40,491 nucleotides of DNA from an uncultured Desulfovibrionaceae bacterium (GTDB taxonomy: Bacteria > Desulfobacterota > Desulfovibrionia > Desulfovibrionales > Desulfovibrionaceae): NCBI GenBank assembly GCA_964370525.1, contig CAYJJP010000001.1, forward strand, positions 1 through 40,491, written 5' to 3'. The translations under genes were made by a program, and so were the position numbers. Below, piece after piece: positions 17,668-25,213 of the stretch. Under the pieces are notes generated by a model. It was not told where the DNA came from. It made no database searches and saw only the letters and a program-made list of their open reading frames with translations. Numbering within the stretch: position 1 is the stretch's first letter; every line of letters begins with the position of its first letter.

Positions 17668-18561
17668 CTACTGTTCGAGATACTTCGTATAATCCGCCTG
17701 TATCTCGGCGTTTGTCATCTGTGGGTTTAACTGTTTGTAAATCTTCATTGTCTCGGGCGGTACCGTAACGCTTGCGCCCGAAATTCCCGAAACCGATTTT
17801 AGATGTTCTGTGCCTGCGCTTCTTTGCTGTCTTTGTTTTGGACGAAGCGCCGAAACCGATTTAAATATCTGCGCCGGAGAAAGATTAGACAAAATAAGGT
17901 TTTGAAAACTCGCTCCCATCTCGGGGGTCATGTTCTCAATGAAATTCGGTTCAATCCTGTCGAACTCGTCGCAAACCGAATTAAAACGTTTTGCAACCTC
18001 AAACTGCTGTGTCGAAACTCGCTCATGCTCGATGCGCTGTCTCAATCCCTCGTTTTCCGCGAAAAGTCGTTCTTTTTCCGCAAGCCCCTCAAAATATTCA
18101 ATAGGAATTCCTGTCTCGTCCGATTGTCTTTTAAACTCTCGTTCTTGCTCTGCCCTTTGAACCTTTTGAAACTCCGCTTGTTGCGCCGCTATCTGCGCCG
18201 CAATCTCGGAAGCCGTCCCGGTAAACCCAACCCCCCGAAGTTGCCCGACAAGCGTTTCCATCTCGCCGCTAACCTTTTCAAGTTGTTGCTTTCGCTTTAA
18301 ATCTGCGAACCTCGCCCGCTCCTCAACCGTCTGCTCGGGTTTTTTCGCCGCTCCCTCGGCAGTTGTTGTCGAAGTTTCGCCATCAACTTGTTTTTGCTGT
18401 TCGGTGTTCTGCGTGGTATTCGCTTCTCGAGATACTCCGTCGAATTTCTCGGTCGTTTCGGTCGTTGTGCTGTTAGTCGTTTCCCCGTCGCCGTCCGCTT
18501 TCGTTTCGGTCAAGCTATCGGGCGAAACTCCCAACGCCTCGTACAATCTGCTTTCGTCCAT
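17668..18561 (-). CDS. scaffolding protein (acidic N-terminus, coiled coil)
   Basis: 297 aa, Glu/Gln/Thr-rich, positioned between portal and capsid genes. Confidence 0.5.
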   Translation of the reverse strand: MDESRLYEALGVSPDSLTETKADGDGETTNSTTTETTEKFDGVSREANTTQNTEQQKQVDGETSTTTAEGAAKKPEQTVEERARFADLKRKQQLEKVSGEMETLVGQLRGVGFTGTASEIAAQIAAQQAEFQKVQRAEQEREFKRQSDETGIPIEYFEGLAEKERLFAENEGLRQRIEHERVSTQQFEVAKRFNSVCDEFDRIEPNFIENMTPEMGASFQNLILSNLSPAQIFKSVSALRPKQRQQRSAGTEHLKSVSGISGASVTVPPETMKIYKQLNPQMTNAEIQADYTKYLEQ

Positions 18562-18580
18562 ATTAAAAACTCGCTTTCTT

Positions 18581-18630
18581 GATTTTTAGGCTGTTCAATG
18601 CCGGTAAGATTTTTAGGCTATTCAATTGCC
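18581..18630. repeat. tandem ~23-bp direct repeat upstream of the scaffold gene
   Basis: GATTTTTAGGCTGTTCAATGCC (18581-18602) and GATTTTTAGGCTATTCAATTGCC (18608-18630). Confidence 0.8.
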
Positions 18631-18655
18631 GTTTTGTTGCCATAAATTTTTGTAT

Positions 18656-18688
18656 AAAAAAACAAAGTCAAGCTCTCGCCCAACTTTG
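18656..18688 (-). terminator. weak intrinsic terminator after the zinc-ribbon gene
   Basis: Minus strand hairpin CAAAGT..ACTTTG (6 bp, 14-nt loop) followed by T7. Confidence 0.4.
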
Positions 18689-18708
18689 CGTTTTTAAATA
18701 AATAATAT

Positions 18709-19065
18709 CTATGCCGTAACCTTTTCGACCTCGGAAGTTTCTCCGCAAACTCCGCAAGTCAAAATTTCGATATTAGGTTCGCTGTGTTTAGTAACGTGAA
18801 CCCCGTCCGAATACGTCGCCTTTCCGAATTCGTTACGAACCAAAAGCGCCCCGCAACCGCAAAACATATCCGCAACGTGTTTAATTTCGATAGATACCGG
18901 AGCGCCCTTAAATTTAACGTTATGCCTCGAGCATTGAGGATTAGCGCAATAAACCAAAGTGTCATGAAAAAGTCTTGTCGTTTTCTCGGGCGTGTCGTCG
19001 TCCTTAACGCTATATGTCCCTCGTTCGATAAAAAGGTCGTTGCCGCAACCCTCGCAAATATCCAT
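18709..19065 (-). CDS. Cys-rich zinc-ribbon protein (118 aa)
   Basis: Four Cys pairs: CEGCG, CANPQC, CGCG, CGVCG. Confidence 0.55.
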   Translation of the reverse strand: MDICEGCGNDLFIERGTYSVKDDDTPEKTTRLFHDTLVYCANPQCSRHNVKFKGAPVSIEIKHVADMFCGCGALLVRNEFGKATYSDGVHVTKHSEPNIEILTCGVCGETSEVEKVTA

Positions 19066-19090
19066 ATTATTTAGATCCTTTCAAAAAAAA

Positions 19091-21118
19091 TTAAACTCCG
19101 CTCGGCAAAGTCTCTGCCCCAACCTGTGCCGTCTGTTCTGCGCCCTGCAAAACATCTGCGCTCGCCCCGAGTTCGGGCGGTAAACTTTGCCCCTGTTGTA
19201 ACAGCTGTTGTTCCAATGCCTGTTGCTGTCGCTGTTGTTCCAAAAGTGCCTTTTCCTCTTCAACCTTTTTGTCCCAAAATTCAACCATCTCGCCGGCAAA
19301 CGGATACTCCGCTTTTTCTAACAACCGCCAATACATTAACCGTGTTTCCGCGCTTGTCGGGTCTCCGAAACTTCCCGTCGTGTATTCTTCTTTTATCTTG
19401 TTGATATATTCCAAACGGTTGTTTGAATTAATTCCGCTTTCATCAATTGAAAACAAAAAACCGTCCTCGTAGTATAAATTTCCGAACTCGTCATATTCTA
19501 AAAAGTCATATCGAGAAAATATATATGTCTCGTCTTTTCCGTCTTTGCCTTTGGAAACATACTCCCTCGGCTCGTCCGCAAACGCTAAATACATCTGAAA
19601 CATCTTTTTATACAAATCTGCATAAAAATCGTTTTTCAAAACGTGCGTAGCCTTTTGCATACCCGAACTTTGCGCAATCATCGACTCGCGCGCCGCCGCG
19701 CTCTCCCCTGCGTAACTCGCCTTTCCTTGAAACGCGTCGGTAATTCCTAAAACCGCCTTGGCCTGCGCGTACGCCGTCGAAACCGTTGCCGCGTCCCTCG
19801 ATGTGTCGAACTCAAGCGGTATAGCGTTAATCGCCGACATCTGCTCCGGCGAAAGCTCAACCGTTTGAATTATGTTTTTAATTTCAAACGATTTCTCTTG
19901 CGGAACGGTGACTATATATGCCGCATTCTTTGTCTTGTCGGTCGATTTATCCTTTGCAACATTAGCCTCGTGTTGCAATCCCGAGATATCGTCGCAATCC
20001 GAAACCCCAAAAAACTCCCCGTCTTTGACCTCGTTTTTTCTAATCGAAAACGGTATATCTCTAATCTGATAATACGGTATCTTTTGTTTCGTCATCATTG
20101 GGACCTCGTCAATAACCGGAATTCCCCCGACGACCAACTGTTGTCCGAAATCGTCAAAAGCCGGCGCAAGTTCGGTCAAAAGCTCCCCGTCCTTGTCTTT
20201 TGCGATAATATCCGCTTTTATAACGTTACTTTCCGAAACCTGTTTTCCGTCGTCCGCCTCTTTTCGTCCAAAGATATTTATAAAATCCTCTTCAAGCGTT
20301 TCGCCGTCTCGGTCTCTCGAAACAAACTTTCGAGATCCACAGCGACAAACCTTGTCAACGCCCTTCGTCTCTTGACATTTTGCGCAAACTAAATCTTTTC
20401 TTGCATAATAATCGTCATACCGGCAAAGCTCAACATCTCCGACCCAAGCAATATGCCCGATTTTATCCCTGTTTCTGAAAAACATCAAAACAAGCGTTAC
20501 AAGCTCATCCGAATCAAGCTCGTTCCCCTCGGTGCTTCCGCTGTCGTTAAACTGCGAAAACTCGGTATCAACTCCCTCGTCCGAAACGTCCTTTCCGTAG
20601 ATATCAAATATCCGCCGCTTGGTATTATTTCTAACAACAAAGATATAGTCAAGGTTTTCAAGATCGTCGACAAACGGTTGTGGAATAATGTACGACGGCG
20701 ACAAAGCCGTTAGTTTCAATTCTCCTTTAGTGACGGCGGTCGTCTCGGTTGCGTCCCATTCAACAACAACCCCAACCCCCGAGCAAACGTGTGTCAACCG
20801 TTCAAGTTTATCGTTAAGGCTTTTAAACTGTAGCCGGTTAACCTCGCTTTTTAAAAACGCGCTTATCATTCGCGCCCGCTCCTCGTTTTTCTCGTTTTTA
20901 ATGCGCGGAGAAACAAGAGGAAGCGGAACATCGCTTGAAACTTGCGAGTTTATTAATTCTTTTGTAAAGTTATAAACGACTTTGCAATTATCTTTTTTGT
21001 CGTGCGCCGTGATGCCGGTATAGTATTGTTCAAAACGTTTGTTATTGCGTTCTCTCAAACTGTCGTGTTTTTGCTTCGCAAAATTAAATTTAGCTTTTGC
21101 CTCGTCAAAATTATACAA
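19091..21118 (-). CDS. portal protein (by size and position), with inserted CxxC..CxC zinc-ribbon-like segment
   Basis: 675 aa, overlaps the terL stop by 8 nt. Gln-rich C-terminus. CAKCQETKGVDKVCRCG at 20339-20386. Confidence 0.65.
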   Translation of the reverse strand: MYNFDEAKAKFNFAKQKHDSLRERNNKRFEQYYTGITAHDKKDNCKVVYNFTKELINSQVSSDVPLPLVSPRIKNEKNEERARMISAFLKSEVNRLQFKSLNDKLERLTHVCSGVGVVVEWDATETTAVTKGELKLTALSPSYIIPQPFVDDLENLDYIFVVRNNTKRRIFDIYGKDVSDEGVDTEFSQFNDSGSTEGNELDSDELVTLVLMFFRNRDKIGHIAWVGDVELCRYDDYYARKDLVCAKCQETKGVDKVCRCGSRKFVSRDRDGETLEEDFINIFGRKEADDGKQVSESNVIKADIIAKDKDGELLTELAPAFDDFGQQLVVGGIPVIDEVPMMTKQKIPYYQIRDIPFSIRKNEVKDGEFFGVSDCDDISGLQHEANVAKDKSTDKTKNAAYIVTVPQEKSFEIKNIIQTVELSPEQMSAINAIPLEFDTSRDAATVSTAYAQAKAVLGITDAFQGKASYAGESAAARESMIAQSSGMQKATHVLKNDFYADLYKKMFQMYLAFADEPREYVSKGKDGKDETYIFSRYDFLEYDEFGNLYYEDGFLFSIDESGINSNNRLEYINKIKEEYTTGSFGDPTSAETRLMYWRLLEKAEYPFAGEMVEFWDKKVEEEKALLEQQRQQQALEQQLLQQGQSLPPELGASADVLQGAEQTAQVGAETLPSGV

Positions 21119-22934
21119 TCGGAATTCCCCCTAAACGTTTTTCTATTAAATCCTTTTCGGCTCGCTTTGCCTTTCGATAATCCGAAACGATATCTTTTGA
21201 ACATTTAATATATTTTTTCTCTTTTGCTGAATAATAGCTCTGCTGCTCCCTCGCCTTGTGCGCTATCATAGCCGCAAAAATTCTGTCGTCGTGATACCCG
21301 CTCCGAGCGTCCGCTTTTCCTTTTTCGTCAAATTCAAAAGACAAACATTCTCTTAACATTTCGACATCGTTAATCAAATTAATTGAATTCTCGATAACTT
21401 CGCCGAAAAGAGATATAATCATCGGCCGAGTATTCCCGTCCGTCTTCCAACCAAACTGTTTCGTCAAATCCTTTGTAAAATTCTCATATCTTTGACGCAC
21501 ATAAATTTTTGGATATCGAAGCCTTGCAAGTTCCGAGACGACTTGATAATTGAAATTTATCTCGGGTGCAACCAAAGCGTCGTTGTAATATTTGCCGAGA
21601 CAATATAAAATCTCGACAAACGGCGCGCAATCCGCGGATCTTAAATCTATCGCTACGCTTGCGACCTGCGCCCCCGTGTCGTTCCTAAGAACAAACGCCG
21701 TGTAAAAATCCGAACCCTCGCCGGATGTGTCTGCTCCTACAACGTATTTGACGTTTGAAACCGGTCTTTGATAAACTTCGCAAACGCCACCGCTTAAAAC
21801 TTCAAAATCTAAAATAACGTCTCGGCTTTCCGGGTCCTTGTATCTCGGCGCAAAAGATATCGTCTCAAACTTCTTTTTCGATAGTTCTTCAATCCTCGCC
21901 GCTATTTTTTCTATATTGAAAACCGGTCGACCCGAAGACAAAAACGCCTCTTCCGGGTAACATGGATACGCTTGCTTTATCTGATCTTTGTCAATATAAC
22001 CGCTAAATTTATCGTAATACCAAAAAACCTGCTCCGGCACTAACTTCTTTTTATCTAACAGCCAGCGACAACGTTCAAAAATCCAATCTTCGCCCGTCTC
22101 AACCAACTTTAAAAAATCTCGTTTCAAATCTTCGCCCGAAAACTCGATTCGATATTCTTTAGTTCTCCACCACTCAAAAAAACAATTGATGTGCGCCCCG
22201 CTTTGCCACATCGCGTGGTAGTCGTTAAACCCGTTAGCGGTCGATTCGTATATCTTTATTGAATTCGCCGTCAACGCTTCGTTCAAGCCCTCTTGTAGTT
22301 CGGCGATAGGAACAGCCCAAAACGCCGCCTCCGAAGCGTGAAGAAAATTTAAGGTCCTTGAACGCCCAACATTCTTGGTCGCTACCGAACATTGCCAAAA
22401 CGAATTTAATCTATTAAAACGAAGCTCCCGACGGTTGTTATATTTAATTGTCGGGACAATTCTTTCCGGCAACCGGTCAAGAACCGTTTTAGCCTTGTTG
22501 TCAAAAATAACTTCAGCGTTTGCGGAATTGTCCGCAAGAGTTAACCCCTCAAAATTCAAATTTAAAATTGAGCAAGCTAATTGATACGAAGTCATGAAAC
22601 TTGTAAACCCTTGTTGTCGACCCTTTAAGATTAAAAACAAAAGCGAAGAAATTTCGCCCCGAGCAAACTTCCCCTTGTGTTCGTTCAAAATCTTCACAAA
22701 ATCCCGCTGAACGTCGTTTAAAAAAAACGGAACGGTTTTTTTATTCTTGTCAACGATTGTAAAAATCATTTCAATTAATAGCTCGGGGTTTGCCCGAACC
22801 TCCGCCAAAAGCTCCGGCGATCTCGTCAAATATTCCGCAACCGCTAAAACAAACCGCTCGTCATCCGTCGCCCTTGCCCGCTCTGATATAATCTGCTTTG
22901 CGGTTATCGCCCTCGCTTCAACCGTGGTTGTCAT
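21111..22934 (-). CDS. terL: terminase large subunit
   Basis: 607 aa. Walker-A-like LKGRQQGFTS, nuclease-domain pattern VVGADTSGEGSDFYTAFVL and ..GYHDDRIFAAMIA. Follows terS with a 4-nt overlap. Confidence 0.85.
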   Translation of the reverse strand: MTTTVEARAITAKQIISERARATDDERFVLAVAEYLTRSPELLAEVRANPELLIEMIFTIVDKNKKTVPFFLNDVQRDFVKILNEHKGKFARGEISSLLFLILKGRQQGFTSFMTSYQLACSILNLNFEGLTLADNSANAEVIFDNKAKTVLDRLPERIVPTIKYNNRRELRFNRLNSFWQCSVATKNVGRSRTLNFLHASEAAFWAVPIAELQEGLNEALTANSIKIYESTANGFNDYHAMWQSGAHINCFFEWWRTKEYRIEFSGEDLKRDFLKLVETGEDWIFERCRWLLDKKKLVPEQVFWYYDKFSGYIDKDQIKQAYPCYPEEAFLSSGRPVFNIEKIAARIEELSKKKFETISFAPRYKDPESRDVILDFEVLSGGVCEVYQRPVSNVKYVVGADTSGEGSDFYTAFVLRNDTGAQVASVAIDLRSADCAPFVEILYCLGKYYNDALVAPEINFNYQVVSELARLRYPKIYVRQRYENFTKDLTKQFGWKTDGNTRPMIISLFGEVIENSINLINDVEMLRECLSFEFDEKGKADARSGYHDDRIFAAMIAHKAREQQSYYSAKEKKYIKCSKDIVSDYRKAKRAEKDLIEKRLGGIPIV

Positions 22935-23299
22935 TTCCCCGACCCCTCCGAACCGCTACAAATCAAATCTTCAAGTTTAATCGCGCCGTTTAAATTCTGC
23001 GTCGTCTCGTCTTTATAATCAAAATTGTTTTGCAAAGAAAACTTTGCACCTTGAAAAGTTCGGTTACTAAAAAGGGCTTCGGCGGTATATTCTTGACATT
23101 GTAATTTTGCAAGCTGTATTACGTCGCGAAAAGCCTTTTTTTTGTGTTCATAATTTAACAAACTTTGTCGAGATCTAAAACCCAAAGCCAAACAAAGGCC
23201 CTCAACCGTTTTCGGCCGCTTCTGATCTTCCTGTTTTTTAAAATATTTATCAACAATCGCCTGCATCTCGGCCGCCGTCCTATATTTCGCCTTTGCCAA
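22931..23299 (-). CDS. terS: terminase small subunit
   Basis: (M)AKAKYRTAAEMQAIVDKYF..PKTVEGLCLALGFRSRQSLLNYE..AKLQCQEY..GAKFSLQNNFDYKD matches the terS (gp3/P27-like) pattern. TTG at 23299 has GAAAGGG 10 nt upstream; the track start at 23308 is also TTG but is too close to the RBS. Confidence 0.7.
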   Translation of the reverse strand: MAKAKYRTAAEMQAIVDKYFKKQEDQKRPKTVEGLCLALGFRSRQSLLNYEHKKKAFRDVIQLAKLQCQEYTAEALFSNRTFQGAKFSLQNNFDYKDETTQNLNGAIKLEDLICSGSEGSGK

Positions 23300-23517
23300 A
23301 AAAAACAAACCCTTTCAAAAAAAATTAAACAAAGAAAAAAAGCACCTTTTTTGTTAAAAAAATGCTTTTAATCTTTCAAAAAAATATAAACGGGGAGAAC
23401 TTTTGCGCAACTTGTTGTATTAACAATACCGCAGAATTCTAGCCCCCGCGTGTCAAATTCTAAAATTCTATGCAAAACGCATAAAAAAACAACAAAAACA
23501 CCGTCGCCCGCTCCGCT

Positions 23518-23580
23518 CCGGTTCTGCTCCGTGCCGGTTCTGCTCCGTGCCGGTTCTCCCGTGCCGGTTCTCCTGCTCCG
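23518..23580. repeat. GC-rich degenerate tandem repeat (4 units, 16/16/14/17 bp)
   Basis: CCGGTTCTGCTCCGTG x2, then CCGGTTCTCCCGTG and CCGGTTCTCCTGCTCCG. Confidence 0.85.
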
Positions 23581-23613
23581 ACTATAAAATAAAAATCTCG
23601 CCCGCAAGGGCGA
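23581..23613 (-). terminator. intrinsic terminator (minus strand) between the heptamer array and the GC-rich repeats
   Basis: Hairpin TCGCCC-TTGC-GGGCGA (23598-23613) followed on the minus strand by GATTTTTATTTTAT. Confidence 0.55.
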
Positions 23614-23616
23614 ACC

Positions 23617-23714
23617 TTAACTATTAACTATTAACTATTAACTATTAACTATTAATTATTAACTATTAATTATTAACTATTAACTATTAATTATTAACTA
23701 TTAATTATTAACTT
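23617..23714. repeat. 14 tandem heptamers TTAACTA/TTAATTA (98 bp)
   Basis: Read directly: 5 x TTAACTA, then alternating TTAATTA/TTAACTA units, with the last unit TTAACTT. Confidence 0.95.
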
Positions 23715-23925
23715 AAAAAAATATCGTGTATTTTCTTTTTTGTCTGTAAATTAATATTAATTGTGAAAATTATTTCAATCGTGTATTCTCTGAAAAAAAT
23801 TAAATCAAAAATATTAAAAAAATCCGTGTCCAAAATGCAAATATAAAAAAATGCACAAACACCGCGCGCACATCTTGCGCAATATGTAAAAGTTGCAAAA
23901 ATTAAAAATTATTTTGTTTTTTTGC

Positions 23926-23954
23926 TTGACATCTTGTACAAGATATAGTATAAT
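23926..23954 (+). promoter_or_regulatory. consensus sigma-70 promoter of the + strand cassette, with palindromic operator candidates
   Basis: TTGACA (23926-31), 17 bp, TATAAT (23949-54). Palindrome CTTGTACAAG in the spacer (23933-42) and GGTTGACAACC at 23971-81. Confidence 0.7.
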
Positions 23955-24005
23955 TAAATCATAAAATAAAGGTTGACAACCTAAACAGTCAGAAAGGGAA
24001 AAAAC

Positions 24006-24263
24006 ATGTACAGAAAAATTGATAATATTATTTACGACACAAAGTACAGCAAAGAACTTGGAGAAAAAATTTTCAAAAAAAACGGAAAATGGATATCAAC
24101 CCAGACACTATATATTACGCAAAACGAAGATTTTTTTATAGCCGAAATATATGACGATAACGATTGCGATGCACCGACTGATAAGATCAGACCAATAAAC
24201 GAATCAGAAGCAAACAAACTTCTTGAAGAAGGAATTTCGCCATATAAAATAATAGAACTTTAA
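24006..24263 (+). CDS. hypothetical protein ORF A (85 aa), AT-rich
   Basis: ORF track; RBS AAAGGGA. Visibly more AT-rich than the surrounding phage DNA. Confidence 0.6.
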   Translation: MYRKIDNIIYDTKYSKELGEKIFKKNGKWISTQTLYITQNEDFFIAEIYDDNDCDAPTDKIRPINESEANKLLEEGISPYKIIEL

Positions 24264-24421
24264 CCCGCCGACCGAGCGGCGCAAAACAGGCTTTAAGCTC
24301 GGAGCGTTCCGCCCCCAACCGGGCGGAGGTAGCAAAGGTAACCACCACGGCAACGTCTCGAAAAATCGAGCCGGATAAAAAAACTAAGGCGGCGGCCACA
24401 AACGCGGAAAGGGAAGCAACC
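24264..24421 (+). ncRNA. candidate structured RNA / cis-regulatory spacer (158 nt, GC-rich, no start codon)
   Basis: Nested pairings: CCGCCG(24265-70)/CGGCGG(24391-96); CCGAGC/GCTCGG; CCGCCC/GGGCGG; CTCG/CGAG. Contains copy 1 of the 24-nt element. Confidence 0.3.
24337..24360 (+). repeat. 24-nt element, copy R1
   Basis: GGTAACCACCACGGCAACGTCTCG, identical at 24844..24867 and 25150..25173. Confidence 0.95.
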
Positions 24422-24895
24422 ATGACAAACTATCAAATAATCTATAACGAACTCGTTAACCGCGAAATAATGACCGCCGAAAAGCTCGACGGCTTCATAG
24501 CTCGCTACGGTGATATACCGTTCCACACCTTTAAGGAATGGCAAAAACTAGGTCGCCAAGTTAAAAAAGGCGAAAAAGCCTTGTTTAAAGTCTCGCTTTG
24601 GCGATACGGTAAAAAAAATGTTGAAGTCAAAACCCCCGAGGGCGAAGAGAAAACAGAAAAACTCGAAAGATACTATATGCAAGATAGCCATATCTTCTCG
24701 TTCGACCAAACCGAGAAAAAACCGACGTTTAAAACTCGTAACGCGGACGAGCTCCGCGAATATAACAAAATGTTAGCCGACCAGCGCAAGCAAAAAGCCG
24801 AGCAATCGAAGCCGGAGCAAACAAACTTATTTACGCCCGAAAAGGTAACCACCACGGCAACGTCTCGGCAAGCCGAGCCGGCAACGTCTCGGTAA
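24422..24895 (+). CDS. ORF B: ArdC-N-like (ssDNA-binding, anti-restriction-type) domain protein (157 aa)
   Basis: FHTFKEWQKLGRQVKKGEKALFKVSLW resembles the W/F-x-TFKQ..LG..V+KGEK core of the ArdC N-domain (DUF1738). RBS AAAGGGAAG. The C-terminus is encoded by repeat R2. Confidence 0.45.
   Translation: MTNYQIIYNELVNREIMTAEKLDGFIARYGDIPFHTFKEWQKLGRQVKKGEKALFKVSLWRYGKKNVEVKTPEGEEKTEKLERYYMQDSHIFSFDQTEKKPTFKTRNADELREYNKMLADQRKQKAEQSKPEQTNLFTPEKVTTTATSRQAEPATSR
24844..24867 (+). repeat. 24-nt element, copy R2
   Basis: Identical 24-mer. Followed by CTCGG-CAAG-CCGAG and a second GGCAACGTCTCGG (24880-92). Confidence 0.95.
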
Positions 24896-24962
24896 AGCTA
24901 ACCAATTATAAACATATGGGAGGGGCTCCGCTCCTCCCCCCCCCAAAAAAAAGGAGAACACA

Positions 24963-25154
24963 ATGCAAAAAGAATTTAACCCAACAAAATATAAAAACGA
25001 CTTTTCAAAAGAAAAGTACGACCGAGTCATCATAACCGTTCCCAAAGGCGAGCGCGAACGAATAAAAGCCCTCGCCGAAGCGCAAAACCTCTCGGTAAAC
25101 GCCTTATACGCAAAAGCCCTCGCCCATTTTGAACAAACCGCTCTTAAACGGTAA
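24963..25154 (+). CDS. ORF C: ribbon-helix-helix (Arc/CopG-like) DNA-binding protein (63 aa)
   Basis: YDRVIITVPKGERERIKALAEAQNLSVNALYAKALAHF follows a beta-strand, helix, helix RHH pattern. RBS AAAGGAG. Confidence 0.6.
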   Translation: MQKEFNPTKYKNDFSKEKYDRVIITVPKGERERIKALAEAQNLSVNALYAKALAHFEQTALKR

Positions 25155-25173
25155 CCACCACGGCAACGTCTCG
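25150..25173 (+). repeat. 24-nt element, copy R3
   Basis: Identical 24-mer that overlaps the ORF C stop codon. Followed by two hairpins (25170-85 and 25192-209). Confidence 0.95.
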
Positions 25174-25213
25174 GCAAGCCGAGCCGTCAACGGCTCGATA
25201 AATCGAGCCATAT

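Noticed and set aside
23368-23607. 79-aa minus-strand ORF across the GC-rich 16-mer repeats.
   Set aside because: Its sequence (..RTGTGEPARSRTGTEQNRSGAG..) is just the translation of the tandem DNA repeats. It spans a predicted terminator and the late-promoter region, and no RBS is present.
24375-24389. ATAAAAAAACTAAGG, resembling the A-rich tail and CUAAGG of preQ1-I riboswitches.
   Set aside because: The preceding hairpin (CTCG-AAAAAT-CGAG) lacks the loop nucleotides needed for the pseudoknot. The AAGG is ~35 nt from the ORF B start, which has its own RBS, so this is probably a coincidence of an A-run.
25139-25148. CGCTCTTAAA, identical to the lambda-type boxA core, followed ~20 nt later by hairpins (nut-site-like).
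   Set aside because: An 8-10-nt match is expected about once by chance in 2 x 40 kb. It lies inside the ORF C coding sequence. The spacing to the hairpin differs from nut sites, and the other two repeat copies lack it.
23617-25173. Possibility that the heptamer array or the triplicated 24-mer is a CRISPR array.
   Set aside because: The heptamers have no spacers at all. The 24-mers are separated by ~480 and ~280 bp that contain protein-coding genes, not by 25-40-bp spacers. No cas genes are present.
24293-25177. Minus-strand ORFs 24293..24544, 24187..24423 and 24827..25177, which share an RRCRGGY peptide.
   Set aside because: The shared peptide is an artefact of translating the triplicated 24-nt element in antisense. 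These ORFs overlap better-supported + strand genes that have RBSs.
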